DNA of 64,000 nt from Tetramitus jugosus (taxonomy: Eukaryota > Protista > Heterolobosea). Where the stretch lies: positions 62,001 to 126,000 of the forward strand of contig OW569389.1 in the NCBI GenBank assembly GCA_937625935.1. The letters run 5' to 3'. The notes under the pieces were generated by a model. The model had not been told where the DNA came from. It was given only the letters and a program-made list of their open reading frames with translations, and searched no databases. Both the position numbers and the translations under genes were made by a program. Every line of letters begins with the position of its first letter. Position 1 is the first letter of the stretch. Of this stretch, positions 42,938 to 53,152 are shown piece after piece.

Positions 42938-43432
42938 GGTGGTGGTTGATGTTGTTGGTGTGGTAGAGTTGATGACATCATTGTGTTCATAAAAATAATA
43001 ATATTGATTGTCATCGACTGTTGAGTCATTTGTCGTGTTTGATATTGATGTTGTTGTTGTTGTAGGTGATGGAGTGTTGTTGGTTGTTGGATGATTTTGA
43101 AAGCGTCTGCGTCATGTGTAAAAAAAAACGAGTGGTGTGTGAGTCACAAATTGGGTGAAAACAACATGGATAGTAGAGTGTATAGGTGTATAGTGAAAAA
43201 CATACTTGAATGGATTGACAAAGAGTGACCTAGAGGTTGGAATGGGAGTCAGTGAAAACTCTGTTAGTTTCGGAGAGCTTGACACATTGTGAGTAGTACT
43301 CATTTTGTTTGCTCTTTGTTTCTTTTCCGTGTTTTTGTTTCGCGCTTTCTTCCCTTTTTAGCGCGTCGGCGGTATTTTGTTCCGATTTACGATGTCTGAT
43401 TGGGAAACAGTCATGTGCGCGAAAGGTTAGTG

Positions 43433-45304
43433 TCAACAGATGACACATGAGCTTTTATTCTCATTAGTTTCGTTCGTGTTCTGATCAGAGGTTCTGAACC
43501 GTTGCATCAGATGGAGCGTACTGCTGAACAAAACATCGACATCTCGCTGATTCTTGGTTGAGCATTCCTTGTACAGTGTGTAACCGGTTCTCTTTTCCAG
43601 TTTCAGCATCATTTTGTCCACATCTGCTGTAGAGACACTCCTCTCACCCGCCACATCAGCTTTGTTTGCTACAAGTACCACGGGGAACATTTTACCCTTT
43701 CGTCCAGCTAACATTCTCTTAAACAATGGATACAAACTATCAAAGCTTGCTCGATCCTGAAGACTAAAGACAAGCATGACTGCATCAAAATCAGATTGCA
43801 AATGTGAGTTTGAATGAGTCGTGTTTGTGTTTGACATTTGAGATCGAAAATAATCACTCGTTGGAGAACCGAACAATGGTTCATCCAACAAAGAAGTACT
43901 GTTTTGGTGACTTCCATAGCTTCCATAATTGACTTGATGATTCATCGTCTGTTTCGTCAAAGTCGATAACTCCACATCTTCTATAATAACTTTGAATGGA
44001 TCCATAAACTTCTTCTTCATCAGCTTATAACTCTGGGCAATGTACGTACTGTGAACCTTTTCTAGTTCAAAATCAGTGTTGTTATGAGTCAGTGATGAGT
44101 CAACCACAGATGATGATGGTTCCAAACTGTCTTCCAACAATGATCGAGCAATAAATCGCTTGCATAAACTAGTTTTACCCACGTTCTTGTCTCCCACAAT
44201 TATAATCGAATACGTGTTCCATATCTGATGTTCCAAATCTTTTCGTTCGAATCCATCCTGTAATTTTTTCCTATGTGATAGAGTTTGTTCCACTTTTCGC
44301 CAACTGGATTGATGGTCATTCGTTTTACTTGCTCCATGACCATGTTCACTGTCAATTTGACTAGAACAGCTCACATCAGAATCATTGTCATCACTCAGCA
44401 CATTCGAACAGAAACCATTGTTTCCCGAAAAACTGGCAACACTACTCGAGCTCATTTCATCATCCTCCGTTTGCATCTGTTCTTCAATTGTCACTCCATT
44501 GTTCTTGACAATCTTCTCGCTCTGCCACAACATGTATTCCTTACTGTGTTGTGCAAGAGGTTCTGTAGCAACACTGTTGTTAGCTACTGGTTGTATCGCC
44601 AAGCTATGATCATAAGGTTGGTAACCATGATGCTGACTAGAACAATAGGGAATGTCATCAATCGCACAGTTTACAGTCATCTTTGCAGTTGTGATATCCG
44701 TCGTGCTTGTGTCCACTAGAGAATAGGATGAAGCTGGAATCAAGCTCGAATCATCCCCAAGAAACACAACTCTTTGTCTATTGATATTATTCCGAACAGA
44801 CAGGTCGCGATACAGTAAATCGGCCAACTGACTCGAAACGCGGTATTGAATCGTTTCAATTTCATTTTGATCTAAAAATGCAAAAATAATGAGCCATATC
44901 TCTGCCGTTAGCCAAAGAATGTTCACAGTTACTTGCTTCTTCACAAACGATGGTTTGTAATTGTTGAGCTTCTTCTTATTTTGTTGGTTGTTACTTTCTT
45001 GAAGTATTGTTGTTTGGTTTTTGGTTGGAGGAGCTTTGAAGCTTTGAACCACAACTTGACTCCTTTGGTCATCCTTATTGTTATAGACAGCATTCTTCAT
45101 TGACAGTCGTCTATTCTTTTGAGTCATTGTCGGTCCCATCGATTGTTGTTGATCCGTACTGTTGTTTTGAAGGAAATCAACTTCAGAGAAACTGACATCT
45201 CTCGTCGCAGCGACACTGGACTCTGAAAGAGAACAATCGGATGACGAGGACGGCGAAGAAAAAAATGAATAGAGCGAGTGGACTACATGAGAGGAGAGTG
45301 TCAT
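43433..45304 (-). CDS. F-box-like + atypical Ras-superfamily GTPase with CaaX
   Basis: LTAEIWLIIFAFLD F-box-like; GDKNVGKT, NKAD, CSTK; ends in CVIC. Start codon uncertain. Confidence 0.8.
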   Translation of the reverse strand: MTLSSHVVHSLYSFFSSPSSSSDCSLSESSVAATRDVSFSEVDFLQNNSTDQQQSMGPTMTQKNRRLSMKNAVYNNKDDQRSQVVVQSFKAPPTKNQTTILQESNNQQNKKKLNNYKPSFVKKQVTVNILWLTAEIWLIIFAFLDQNEIETIQYRVSSQLADLLYRDLSVRNNINRQRVVFLGDDSSLIPASSYSLVDTSTTDITTAKMTVNCAIDDIPYCSSQHHGYQPYDHSLAIQPVANNSVATEPLAQHSKEYMLWQSEKIVKNNGVTIEEQMQTEDDEMSSSSVASFSGNNGFCSNVLSDDNDSDVSCSSQIDSEHGHGASKTNDHQSSWRKVEQTLSHRKKLQDGFERKDLEHQIWNTYSIIIVGDKNVGKTSLCKRFIARSLLEDSLEPSSSVVDSSLTHNNTDFELEKVHSTYIAQSYKLMKKKFMDPFKVIIEDVELSTLTKQTMNHQVNYGSYGSHQNSTSLLDEPLFGSPTSDYFRSQMSNTNTTHSNSHLQSDFDAVMLVFSLQDRASFDSLYPLFKRMLAGRKGKMFPVVLVANKADVAGERSVSTADVDKMMLKLEKRTGYTLYKECSTKNQRDVDVLFSSTLHLMQRFRTSDQNTNETNENKSSCVIC

Positions 45305-45536
45305 CGTGTTGTGTGAACGGTGTAACAACGGGGTTGACTCGTTTTCATTCGACGGAAAGACTCATTTTGTCCGTATGTGAGAGTTCGGGCAGTGGGTGAA
45401 GTTCTTGCTATGTTCGCCCATCTGAAGAAGTTTTTCGGGTGAGTGCGGAGAAACGTCCACTACAGAAAACCTGAGGAACATTGAGGAATACAATGGGTAG
45501 GATGAGATTAGAAAATGAACGATAGTACATTTGCTG

Positions 45537-46778
45537 TTATTGGTTGCTGTTGTTTATGGCACTTGAGATAAGGGTAGATAGACGGTTAAACACAGTGGCT
45601 TCACCATAAGCCTCAATCACATCAATCTTGTGTGATTGAGCTTGACTCTTCCACCACATTTTGTCTTCCAACAATGTTACAGAACTGTCCTTGAGTGCTC
45701 CTGTCAATAATACTCGAACATGAGTCGTGGAGGGAGAGGATGACACTGGCTTCAAGAAGCCATTGTCCTTCAATCTCTTCAGATTCTTATTGGCTTGTTC
45801 ATAAATATTTTGATCATTCAGAATGACTTTGCGCTCCAACTTAAGTTTGAGAGACTTCTTGGATAGATCATAAGGACCTGGCAACAAGCTATGAACATTG
45901 AACAGACCACTTCTAAAGAACTGGATACCAGATTGAGTATCGAACAATACCTTACCCATTAATCTTCTCAATCCGGACAAGGCCAAGAATTGTTGAACTG
46001 TGTTTTGCACAGACAATTGATCCCATTGAGAATTCAACAAGATTGGATCAATCAAAATAACGTTCTTCACAAGGTGTCTCCACTTTTGTGCAGTAGTTTT
46101 GCTTCTCTCTGGAGAGAAAAACACTCTAGAAAACAAATTGGCTCCATATCCGTGACCCACAACAACAACAGGTGATTCACTCTGCGACACAAACTTTTCA
46201 TAGAACTCCTCAATCTCCTTCAAGTATTGTACCGTTTCGTTGTGAGTGGTTGATACTGTCTTGTCAGCAGAGCTAAACAGTCCAACACCCAATCGATCAT
46301 ACGAACAGACTTGAATTCTTGACTTTGGATTTGTTTGTTCGTTGTGCACTAAGTGAACTGCCACTCTTTCCATTCCCTGATGGAATGAACCGATTGATCC
46401 TTCAATCAACACAGTGTAATGAAAACTTGTTTGAGGTTCATTCTTGGACACACAATAAGTACTAAACACGGTCTTATTGTCACTTAGTGTGATCAACATG
46501 CGAGAATCTTGGTCAAATTGAACATTTTGTCTCTGAACACGCAGGAACAGCAAGTTGGTGAGAAAACCGACCAGAATAAGTGCAATGAGCATCTGTATCA
46601 CTCGACCCACCAGATTAAAAACTTTTTCTAGCAAGGTAGGCTTGATGTTATCCTTTGTTGGTTCTTGTTGATCAACTTTGTCCTTGTTTTTGCTTTGTGC
46701 AGATATGGTTACATCTGTGGCATCTTGAAGGTGCTGATCCTCTTCATTGGGGGTGGGACTCTTTTTGCGTTTGGCCAT
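45537..46778 (-). CDS. Membrane-anchored alpha/beta-hydrolase-fold protein, probably inactive
   Basis: TM helix, CSYDRLGVG, VVVGHGYG (Gly in place of nucleophile Ser), ILIDP. ORF is open to 46895. Confidence 0.75.
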   Translation of the reverse strand: MAKRKKSPTPNEEDQHLQDATDVTISAQSKNKDKVDQQEPTKDNIKPTLLEKVFNLVGRVIQMLIALILVGFLTNLLFLRVQRQNVQFDQDSRMLITLSDNKTVFSTYCVSKNEPQTSFHYTVLIEGSIGSFHQGMERVAVHLVHNEQTNPKSRIQVCSYDRLGVGLFSSADKTVSTTHNETVQYLKEIEEFYEKFVSQSESPVVVVGHGYGANLFSRVFFSPERSKTTAQKWRHLVKNVILIDPILLNSQWDQLSVQNTVQQFLALSGLRRLMGKVLFDTQSGIQFFRSGLFNVHSLLPGPYDLSKKSLKLKLERKVILNDQNIYEQANKNLKRLKDNGFLKPVSSSPSTTHVRVLLTGALKDSSVTLLEDKMWWKSQAQSHKIDVIEAYGEATVFNRLSTLISSAINNSNQ

Positions 46779-46958
46779 CTGACTGTTTCGACTTGGTTGT
46801 CTTTTGCAAAGATTGTTGAAACACAAGGATGATGGCGCAGAAGGAGAAAACATCGCAAATTTCGGTCTAAAAATAATTTGAGAGATCTTTGGCATTGTTT
46901 CGAACCTTCAACAAACAAAGACAAAAGGAGCCTCAATAAACACACTCTCTCGGTTGGA

Positions 46959-49900
46959 ATGGCATCAACAACAGCGACATCATTGACGGATCAACAACAG
47001 CGTTCCTCACCCTTCCCCTCTCATGTTCTATTACCAAAATCGGAGACTCAATGCGATCAATTCCTTGCGGTGAATCCAAAATTCGATGGAAGAGGCATTT
47101 GTGTCGCCATCTTTGACACTGGCGTAGATCCAGGTGCTTCTGGACTTCAATGGACCTCAGACGGCAAACCAAAGATTGTCGATCTCGTCGATTGCACATG
47201 CAGTGGCGATGTCAGTATGGAACAAAGGGTGAGTGTTATCCCGACATCGGAGAAAACTGAAGATAAGAATAGCGAGGAGAGCATTACAACATCCTCTGAA
47301 CAGAAGGAAGCAGATAGCTCTGTGGTTGTATCGCCACTAACGGGCAGAAAATTCAAGTTGGGAAGTTGGGAGAAGAAGAGTGCCAATGGAACCTATCATT
47401 TTGGTGTCAAGAGAGCTTATGAACTGTTTTCCTCCACCTTGACCACACGCATCAAGGAAGAGAGAAAGAAGGTGTTTGAGAGGGATCATTTTGAAGCCAT
47501 TTCAAAGGTTAGAAAGCAATTAGAGGGCAATTCCGAGCTGTCTGCGAGTGATAAAAAGGATTTAGAGCTACAGATTGAACAGATGAATGACATGTACAAG
47601 AATTATGATGATCCAGGACCTATTTATGACTGCATTTCGTTCTTTGATGGTCAAGATTGGAGAGTGTGCATCTATCCAGATGATCAACAACCATCACGAG
47701 CTTCAAATGATCAGGAGAAAAAGGAAGAAGCAGAATTCATTATTGATTTGTCCAGGTACACATTGTTGACTGATTACCGAAAGGAACAACAGTACAGCAC
47801 ATTTACCAATGCAGACAAATTGAATTATTCGGTCAAGTTCTATGAAGATGGTAAAATCCTTTCTATTGTGACAGCAGGTGGATCGCACGGTACCCATGTT
47901 GCTGGAATCGTCGGTGCCTATCACAAGGAGGAACCAAACTACAATGGAGTTGCACCAGGATGTCAAATCGTGTCTATTAAGATTGGTGATTCATATTTGG
48001 GAACAATGGAGACAAACACTGGAGTCTGCAGAGGAATTGTTGCTACAAAGGAGAACAATTGTAACTTGATTAACATGAGTTATGGTGAATCAACATTCAT
48101 GCCGAATCAGGGTCGATTTGCCTCAATGATTTCTGAACTCGTTGATAAGCATAATGTAGTATTCGTGACCTCAGCAGGCAACAGTGGACCTGCGCTCAGT
48201 ACTGCGGGAACACCTGGCGATAACTCTGATGTGATCAGTGTAGGAGCGTACGTTAGTGAAGACATGGGTGAGGTACAGTACAGTTTGCGTGATAAGGTAC
48301 CTGAGAATCTTTACACCTGGAGTAGCAGGGGACCTTCATTGGATGGTTGGACAACTACAATTTCTGGTCCCGGAGCTGCGATCACCTCGGTTCCAGCGTA
48401 CGAATTGCAAAAAATGCAAAGAATGAATGGAACGAGCATGAGCTCTCCCAGCGTGTGTGGTGGTATTGCTTGCCTGTTGTCGGGATTGAAGCAATCTGAC
48501 AAGCCATGGAATGCTCACTACATTAAGAGAGCAATTGAGAACAGTGCTCGTTCTATTGAAAGCGTTGATCCATTTGCTCTTGGAAAAGGATTGCTGCAGA
48601 TTGCTGATGCATATGCATACATGGACAAACATCCATACAACACAACGGAGAACTTGAAGTATATTGTGAAAACAGCTGATGGCAATAGAGGTATTTATTT
48701 GAGATCTGCTGTGATGACTCATACTGTGACTGATCATACTATCAACGTCCAGACTAAATTCGTTGAGAACGCACCTAATGATGATAAGATCAATTATCAC
48801 AAAAGAGTGTATTTGGAGAGCACACAAGATTGGATCCAAGTACCATCCTACTTTGTAAGTTTAAATGAAACACAATCATTTGTTGTTCGGGTCGATCCAA
48901 CACACTTGGTAGCCAATAAGGCCTATCATGGCGAGGTTCTAGCAGTAGATGCTGATAATGTTGCCGCAGGACCATTGTTCAGACTTCCTGTCACAGTTAT
49001 CAAGCCACAAAAGGTTGAAAAGCCTGTGCTTAGCATTGGTCGCATCGTATGCAAACCAGGGTCGATCACAAGGAACTTTGTTGTTGTGCCTACTGGAAGT
49101 GAATTTGCAGAAATTACTGTGTCTGGTCTAAGGATTGACACAAAGCAAACATACTTGCTTCACTGTATTCAATTGATGCCAAAGACAGCCTTCAGTGTTC
49201 ACGAGTATAAGAAGTACATGTTCCTAAAGCAAGACGACAAGGAAGTTCACTATGTGAAGACAATTCCTGGAACCACAATGGAGATTTGTCTTGCTCAATT
49301 CTGGAGCTCTCTGGGAGACTCAGAAGTTACTTGTAATGTAGAGTTTAGAGGAGTTACACCCTCAGCAAATCATGTACACATTGATGCTGGAGACATTTGT
49401 GGCAAGATCATTCTTAAATCAGAATTGAAGAACGAAGAGCTAAAGCTCAAGGCAGAGTTTAACACATGGACACGTCACATCAGACCAAAGTCTTCCGAGA
49501 TCAAAACGCTCACTGATCCAAGAGATAGACAATTGAACGGAGATCCAGTACACAGTATGGTGTTGACATATACCTTCCCAATGGAGGAGTCAGCAAAGGT
49601 TATGTGTAGAATTCCTACTATCTCCTCAATGTTGTATGAATCAATTTTGGAGGCACAGATGATCATGTTGTTCACTCGCAACAAGCAGTTATTGAAGGTG
49701 TTTGATGCTTGGCCAACCGCCTTCAAACTACCAAAGGGTGAAATTACCGTCAGAGTACTTTTTAGACATGAGAACTTGAGCTTGTTGGAGAGCTTGAAGG
49801 AATCTGTGTTGAATGTCGACCAGACATTAGAAAAGCCAATCGCTATTTCAATGTTCCCGGATCCCAACAAGGTGATCCAAAGAACAGGCAAGATAGAAAA

Positions 49901-50834
49901 GTTGAATATCAGTCTTGGAACTGCCTCCGCCCTTTACATTGCCGCACCAGAATCCAAAGATCTACCAAAGAAGGCCAAATTGGGTGATACTCTCTTCAGC
50001 AAGGTGACACTCTTTGAGAAGTGTACACATGCTAGTATTACTGTCACTTACAGTGTTCCTTCCAGAACGAGCAAGACTGAGGATAAAACTACTGAAAAGA
50101 AGGAACTGGAGAAGTTGGACACCAGATCTAGCAAAGAAAAGTTTGAAGATGCTGTCGTGGAGGCTGCAGTCAAGTTTTTGGAAGCCATAATGGACAAGCC
50201 TGAGGAATTTGAACCCTTATTCCGTGACTTGCTTGGTCAATATCCAAACAACTTGTCCATGTTAAAACTGAAGCTCGCTTACTTGATGAAGGAACTAAGC
50301 AAGAAAAAGAATGTCAATATCAACGAAATTGTTACCTCTGCAGACACAATTGTTTCCCTCATTGATCGAGCTGAACTTGCAATTCACATTGGCACAACAC
50401 CAAAGAACAAGGACACCACCAAGGAAGACTATGAATGGTTGAAGAAGGATGAAGAAATGAACAAGAAGAAGGCCTTCTTAATTGACGCTCTGTACAACAA
50501 AGCTAAGGCCTTGGCCGATCACGCTACAGAAGAGAATGCTGAATTGTTGAATCAAACCGTTAAGGAGCTAAACAAGTGGGCTGATATCACATCTGATTTC
50601 AAACACCTCAATCTGCACTTGGCCGTTCTCATCAAGAAGAAACATTACGGCAAGTTGATCCAAACCATTAGAAAAGCCCTTTCAGAGAATAAGGCATCTG
50701 ATGCGAAGGCCGAGAAGGAAACGTTTGAGAAATTACGTTCTATTGTTGCCTCACTCGGATGGCATCATTGGGAAGAGTACCTTGCAAGACAACAATTGGT
50801 CAACTATCCTGCTGCTTATCCAGCACTTCAATAA
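46959..50834 (+). CDS. TPP2: Tripeptidyl-peptidase II
   Basis: FDGRG..AIFDTGVDPGA, SHGTHVAGI, NGTSMSSP subtilisin triad plus TPPII C-terminal region. Confidence 0.96.
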   Translation: MASTTATSLTDQQQRSSPFPSHVLLPKSETQCDQFLAVNPKFDGRGICVAIFDTGVDPGASGLQWTSDGKPKIVDLVDCTCSGDVSMEQRVSVIPTSEKTEDKNSEESITTSSEQKEADSSVVVSPLTGRKFKLGSWEKKSANGTYHFGVKRAYELFSSTLTTRIKEERKKVFERDHFEAISKVRKQLEGNSELSASDKKDLELQIEQMNDMYKNYDDPGPIYDCISFFDGQDWRVCIYPDDQQPSRASNDQEKKEEAEFIIDLSRYTLLTDYRKEQQYSTFTNADKLNYSVKFYEDGKILSIVTAGGSHGTHVAGIVGAYHKEEPNYNGVAPGCQIVSIKIGDSYLGTMETNTGVCRGIVATKENNCNLINMSYGESTFMPNQGRFASMISELVDKHNVVFVTSAGNSGPALSTAGTPGDNSDVISVGAYVSEDMGEVQYSLRDKVPENLYTWSSRGPSLDGWTTTISGPGAAITSVPAYELQKMQRMNGTSMSSPSVCGGIACLLSGLKQSDKPWNAHYIKRAIENSARSIESVDPFALGKGLLQIADAYAYMDKHPYNTTENLKYIVKTADGNRGIYLRSAVMTHTVTDHTINVQTKFVENAPNDDKINYHKRVYLESTQDWIQVPSYFVSLNETQSFVVRVDPTHLVANKAYHGEVLAVDADNVAAGPLFRLPVTVIKPQKVEKPVLSIGRIVCKPGSITRNFVVVPTGSEFAEITVSGLRIDTKQTYLLHCIQLMPKTAFSVHEYKKYMFLKQDDKEVHYVKTIPGTTMEICLAQFWSSLGDSEVTCNVEFRGVTPSANHVHIDAGDICGKIILKSELKNEELKLKAEFNTWTRHIRPKSSEIKTLTDPRDRQLNGDPVHSMVLTYTFPMEESAKVMCRIPTISSMLYESILEAQMIMLFTRNKQLLKVFDAWPTAFKLPKGEITVRVLFRHENLSLLESLKESVLNVDQTLEKPIAISMFPDPNKVIQRTGKIEKLNISLGTASALYIAAPESKDLPKKAKLGDTLFSKVTLFEKCTHASITVTYSVPSRTSKTEDKTTEKKELEKLDTRSSKEKFEDAVVEAAVKFLEAIMDKPEEFEPLFRDLLGQYPNNLSMLKLKLAYLMKELSKKKNVNINEIVTSADTIVSLIDRAELAIHIGTTPKNKDTTKEDYEWLKKDEEMNKKKAFLIDALYNKAKALADHATEENAELLNQTVKELNKWADITSDFKHLNLHLAVLIKKKHYGKLIQTIRKALSENKASDAKAEKETFEKLRSIVASLGWHHWEEYLARQQLVNYPAAYPALQ

Positions 50835-50845
50835 ATATGATTTTA

Positions 50846-52768
50846 TCATTGATTGATCATTTCACCAAATGAGTTTCGAATTGCCTTAACAGCCATATCC
50901 ACATTATGTTTTACTTGCCTATAAAATAGAAAACAACAGTCAGTCACAGAGGAAAATATTATGACATCAATTAGCAAAGTTACATACTCTGGCGCATCTT
51001 CTGGCAATTGCATCGCCCATTCAAGAAAATCAGGCATAAAATCTGCAATTTCTGAACCACAGTTGGCAAGTGATTCTGGCGAAAGAACTGTGAAGTACTT
51101 GTGTACGAGTGCCAACAGGTTCAACCTCATATCGGTTTGTTCGGCCTTTGGTATCAATTGAAGAACCATTGGTAATGCTTCTGTCACCTGTTCATAATTG
51201 TTTGCATCTTCTCCACACAGAACCATGATTAATGTGCAGCTTGTCTGGATCAATGTTGCTAATTCTTCATTCTTGCTAAAGTCAGCTTCTAAACCTGACT
51301 CCACCAACAGTCTTGCCTGTGTTGCCACCTCATAGAGGAAAAGATCGTCCAGGAATGAACGATCAGACGATTTAGAAGCCATTCTTATCAAGCACTTGGC
51401 TGCACTTTCTCTCACTTGCACATCCGGAACCCATGAAAACACGTTTAATAATTGCAGCGAGAGATCTTGACCCACTTTGGTCATCAATTGCCCATCAATA
51501 GTATCGATGAGACTTGACACAAGCTCAATTGCGTACAACAAGGTTGGTGTCTGTGCATAGCTCGCATCGAGCCACTTCATACAACAATCCAGCGCACCAG
51601 AATCTATCACTTGTTTTGAATGAGTAAATGAAAGATATACGATGGAATGCAAGATTGGATACGCCATATCGTCAGATATTTCATCCAGAGATAGCTGAAT
51701 GAGGATCCTCAAGCATCCAGCGGCAATCAATTTGTCCTCAAACCGAGAATCTGTCTTCTCAGACAACAAATCATAGCACAGGAACAGTACCTGTGAAGCT
51801 ACTAGTTTCTTCTCCAAATCACCACTTCGTAGTAAATGAATCACGATATCTACCAATGTCTGAGCGTCAAACTTTGAACTTGTGCCAAACAAATGAGAAA
51901 TTTGCCCATGATAAATGTTTAAGAGTACTTGCAGCATACGATTCACCAATTCTAATGTTCTTTCATCTGACAATGCAGCCTTACAGTTCATCATCAGTGT
52001 AACGAGCTTATGATTAAACTTTGTGTAGTAAGTGGACAATTGAGTCGCAATTTCTTCGCTTGAGCCTGCCATGTCCATCAACGCAAACAATACTTGAATC
52101 TGATCAGTCACAGGCAAGTCACAAGTGTCGGTTTGTACCTCTACGTCACCAAACGTGTCAACAATCAAACTCAATGCATCCTGTGATGTCAATACTTGAT
52201 CAGTTTCAGTCAAAGAACAAGCATTCGAGTGTCTAAGAGCTGCCAACAACAAAGCTTGCTTCCCCACTTGATTTCCATTGTCCAAATCCTTTAAAACTTG
52301 ATCCACAAACTCCTTTACCTGATCGAGTCCTTTTAACCCCGCCACAACCTCATTGGCGGACTCATGATTCTCCGCTTCATTCTTTCGCTCCAATATTTCT
52401 TGGCGCAATTTCCGTAGTGGCGGCAAAGTGGCATGATTGGCGCCACTCTGCACATGAGAAATTCCTTGATCGCACACACTGAGCGCTTCATTGAAACGAT
52501 TGAGAGCTAACAGTGCACGACAATGACGATCATAACCCTTCCACCAGTCAGGTTTGATGCGCGTGCACTCACTCGCATCTACAAGAGCTTCCTCTAAGCG
52601 ACCCATCTTCATATAGAGCAATGATCTGTTCGAATAGTGAACATAGAGATTGGGTGAAGATAAAGATGATGCGGATTCAATGGCCATCGTATAGTGATGC
52701 CATGCCTGTTTGTAATCTGCATCACTAAAGCTTTTGTTTCCTTGTTCCTTGTGCTTGAGCTCTTCCAT
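50846..52768 (-). CDS. TPR + armadillo-like repeat protein
   Basis: KEQGNKSF..YSNRS..KPDWWKGY carboxylate-clamp TPR followed by Leu-rich helical repeats. Confidence 0.85.
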   Translation of the reverse strand: MEELKHKEQGNKSFSDADYKQAWHHYTMAIESASSLSSPNLYVHYSNRSLLYMKMGRLEEALVDASECTRIKPDWWKGYDRHCRALLALNRFNEALSVCDQGISHVQSGANHATLPPLRKLRQEILERKNEAENHESANEVVAGLKGLDQVKEFVDQVLKDLDNGNQVGKQALLLAALRHSNACSLTETDQVLTSQDALSLIVDTFGDVEVQTDTCDLPVTDQIQVLFALMDMAGSSEEIATQLSTYYTKFNHKLVTLMMNCKAALSDERTLELVNRMLQVLLNIYHGQISHLFGTSSKFDAQTLVDIVIHLLRSGDLEKKLVASQVLFLCYDLLSEKTDSRFEDKLIAAGCLRILIQLSLDEISDDMAYPILHSIVYLSFTHSKQVIDSGALDCCMKWLDASYAQTPTLLYAIELVSSLIDTIDGQLMTKVGQDLSLQLLNVFSWVPDVQVRESAAKCLIRMASKSSDRSFLDDLFLYEVATQARLLVESGLEADFSKNEELATLIQTSCTLIMVLCGEDANNYEQVTEALPMVLQLIPKAEQTDMRLNLLALVHKYFTVLSPESLANCGSEIADFMPDFLEWAMQLPEDAPEYVTLLIDVIIFSSVTDCCFLFYRQVKHNVDMAVKAIRNSFGEMINQ

Positions 52769-53152
52769 TTTTTTGTTGTGCGGGTTTTTGTGGATTCACT
52801 GTTCGATGAATTGTATTTGACTCCAAACATCCAAACATCATCATCATGTCCTATTGATCCCCATGCCTAATTGACTGATGAATTTGAGCTCATCCTCCAA
52901 AAGGATTCTCAACTGTTTGAAGACGACTTGAAATCATCACTCGAAAATCATCAACAATTGTTTGGCAGGGCATCAGCCAGTGTTTTGGACCCGTGCAAAA
53001 TTGAGACATGCACTACCAGAAACAATCTAATCAGAGATTGGACAGAAATTTCTCGTCTGTTGCAAAGCGGGATATCAAGGTTAATTTTTCCAGTTTCTTT
53101 TTTTTGGAACTCAACAACAAACCAACAAGCAAACACCACCGCACCAACAAGT

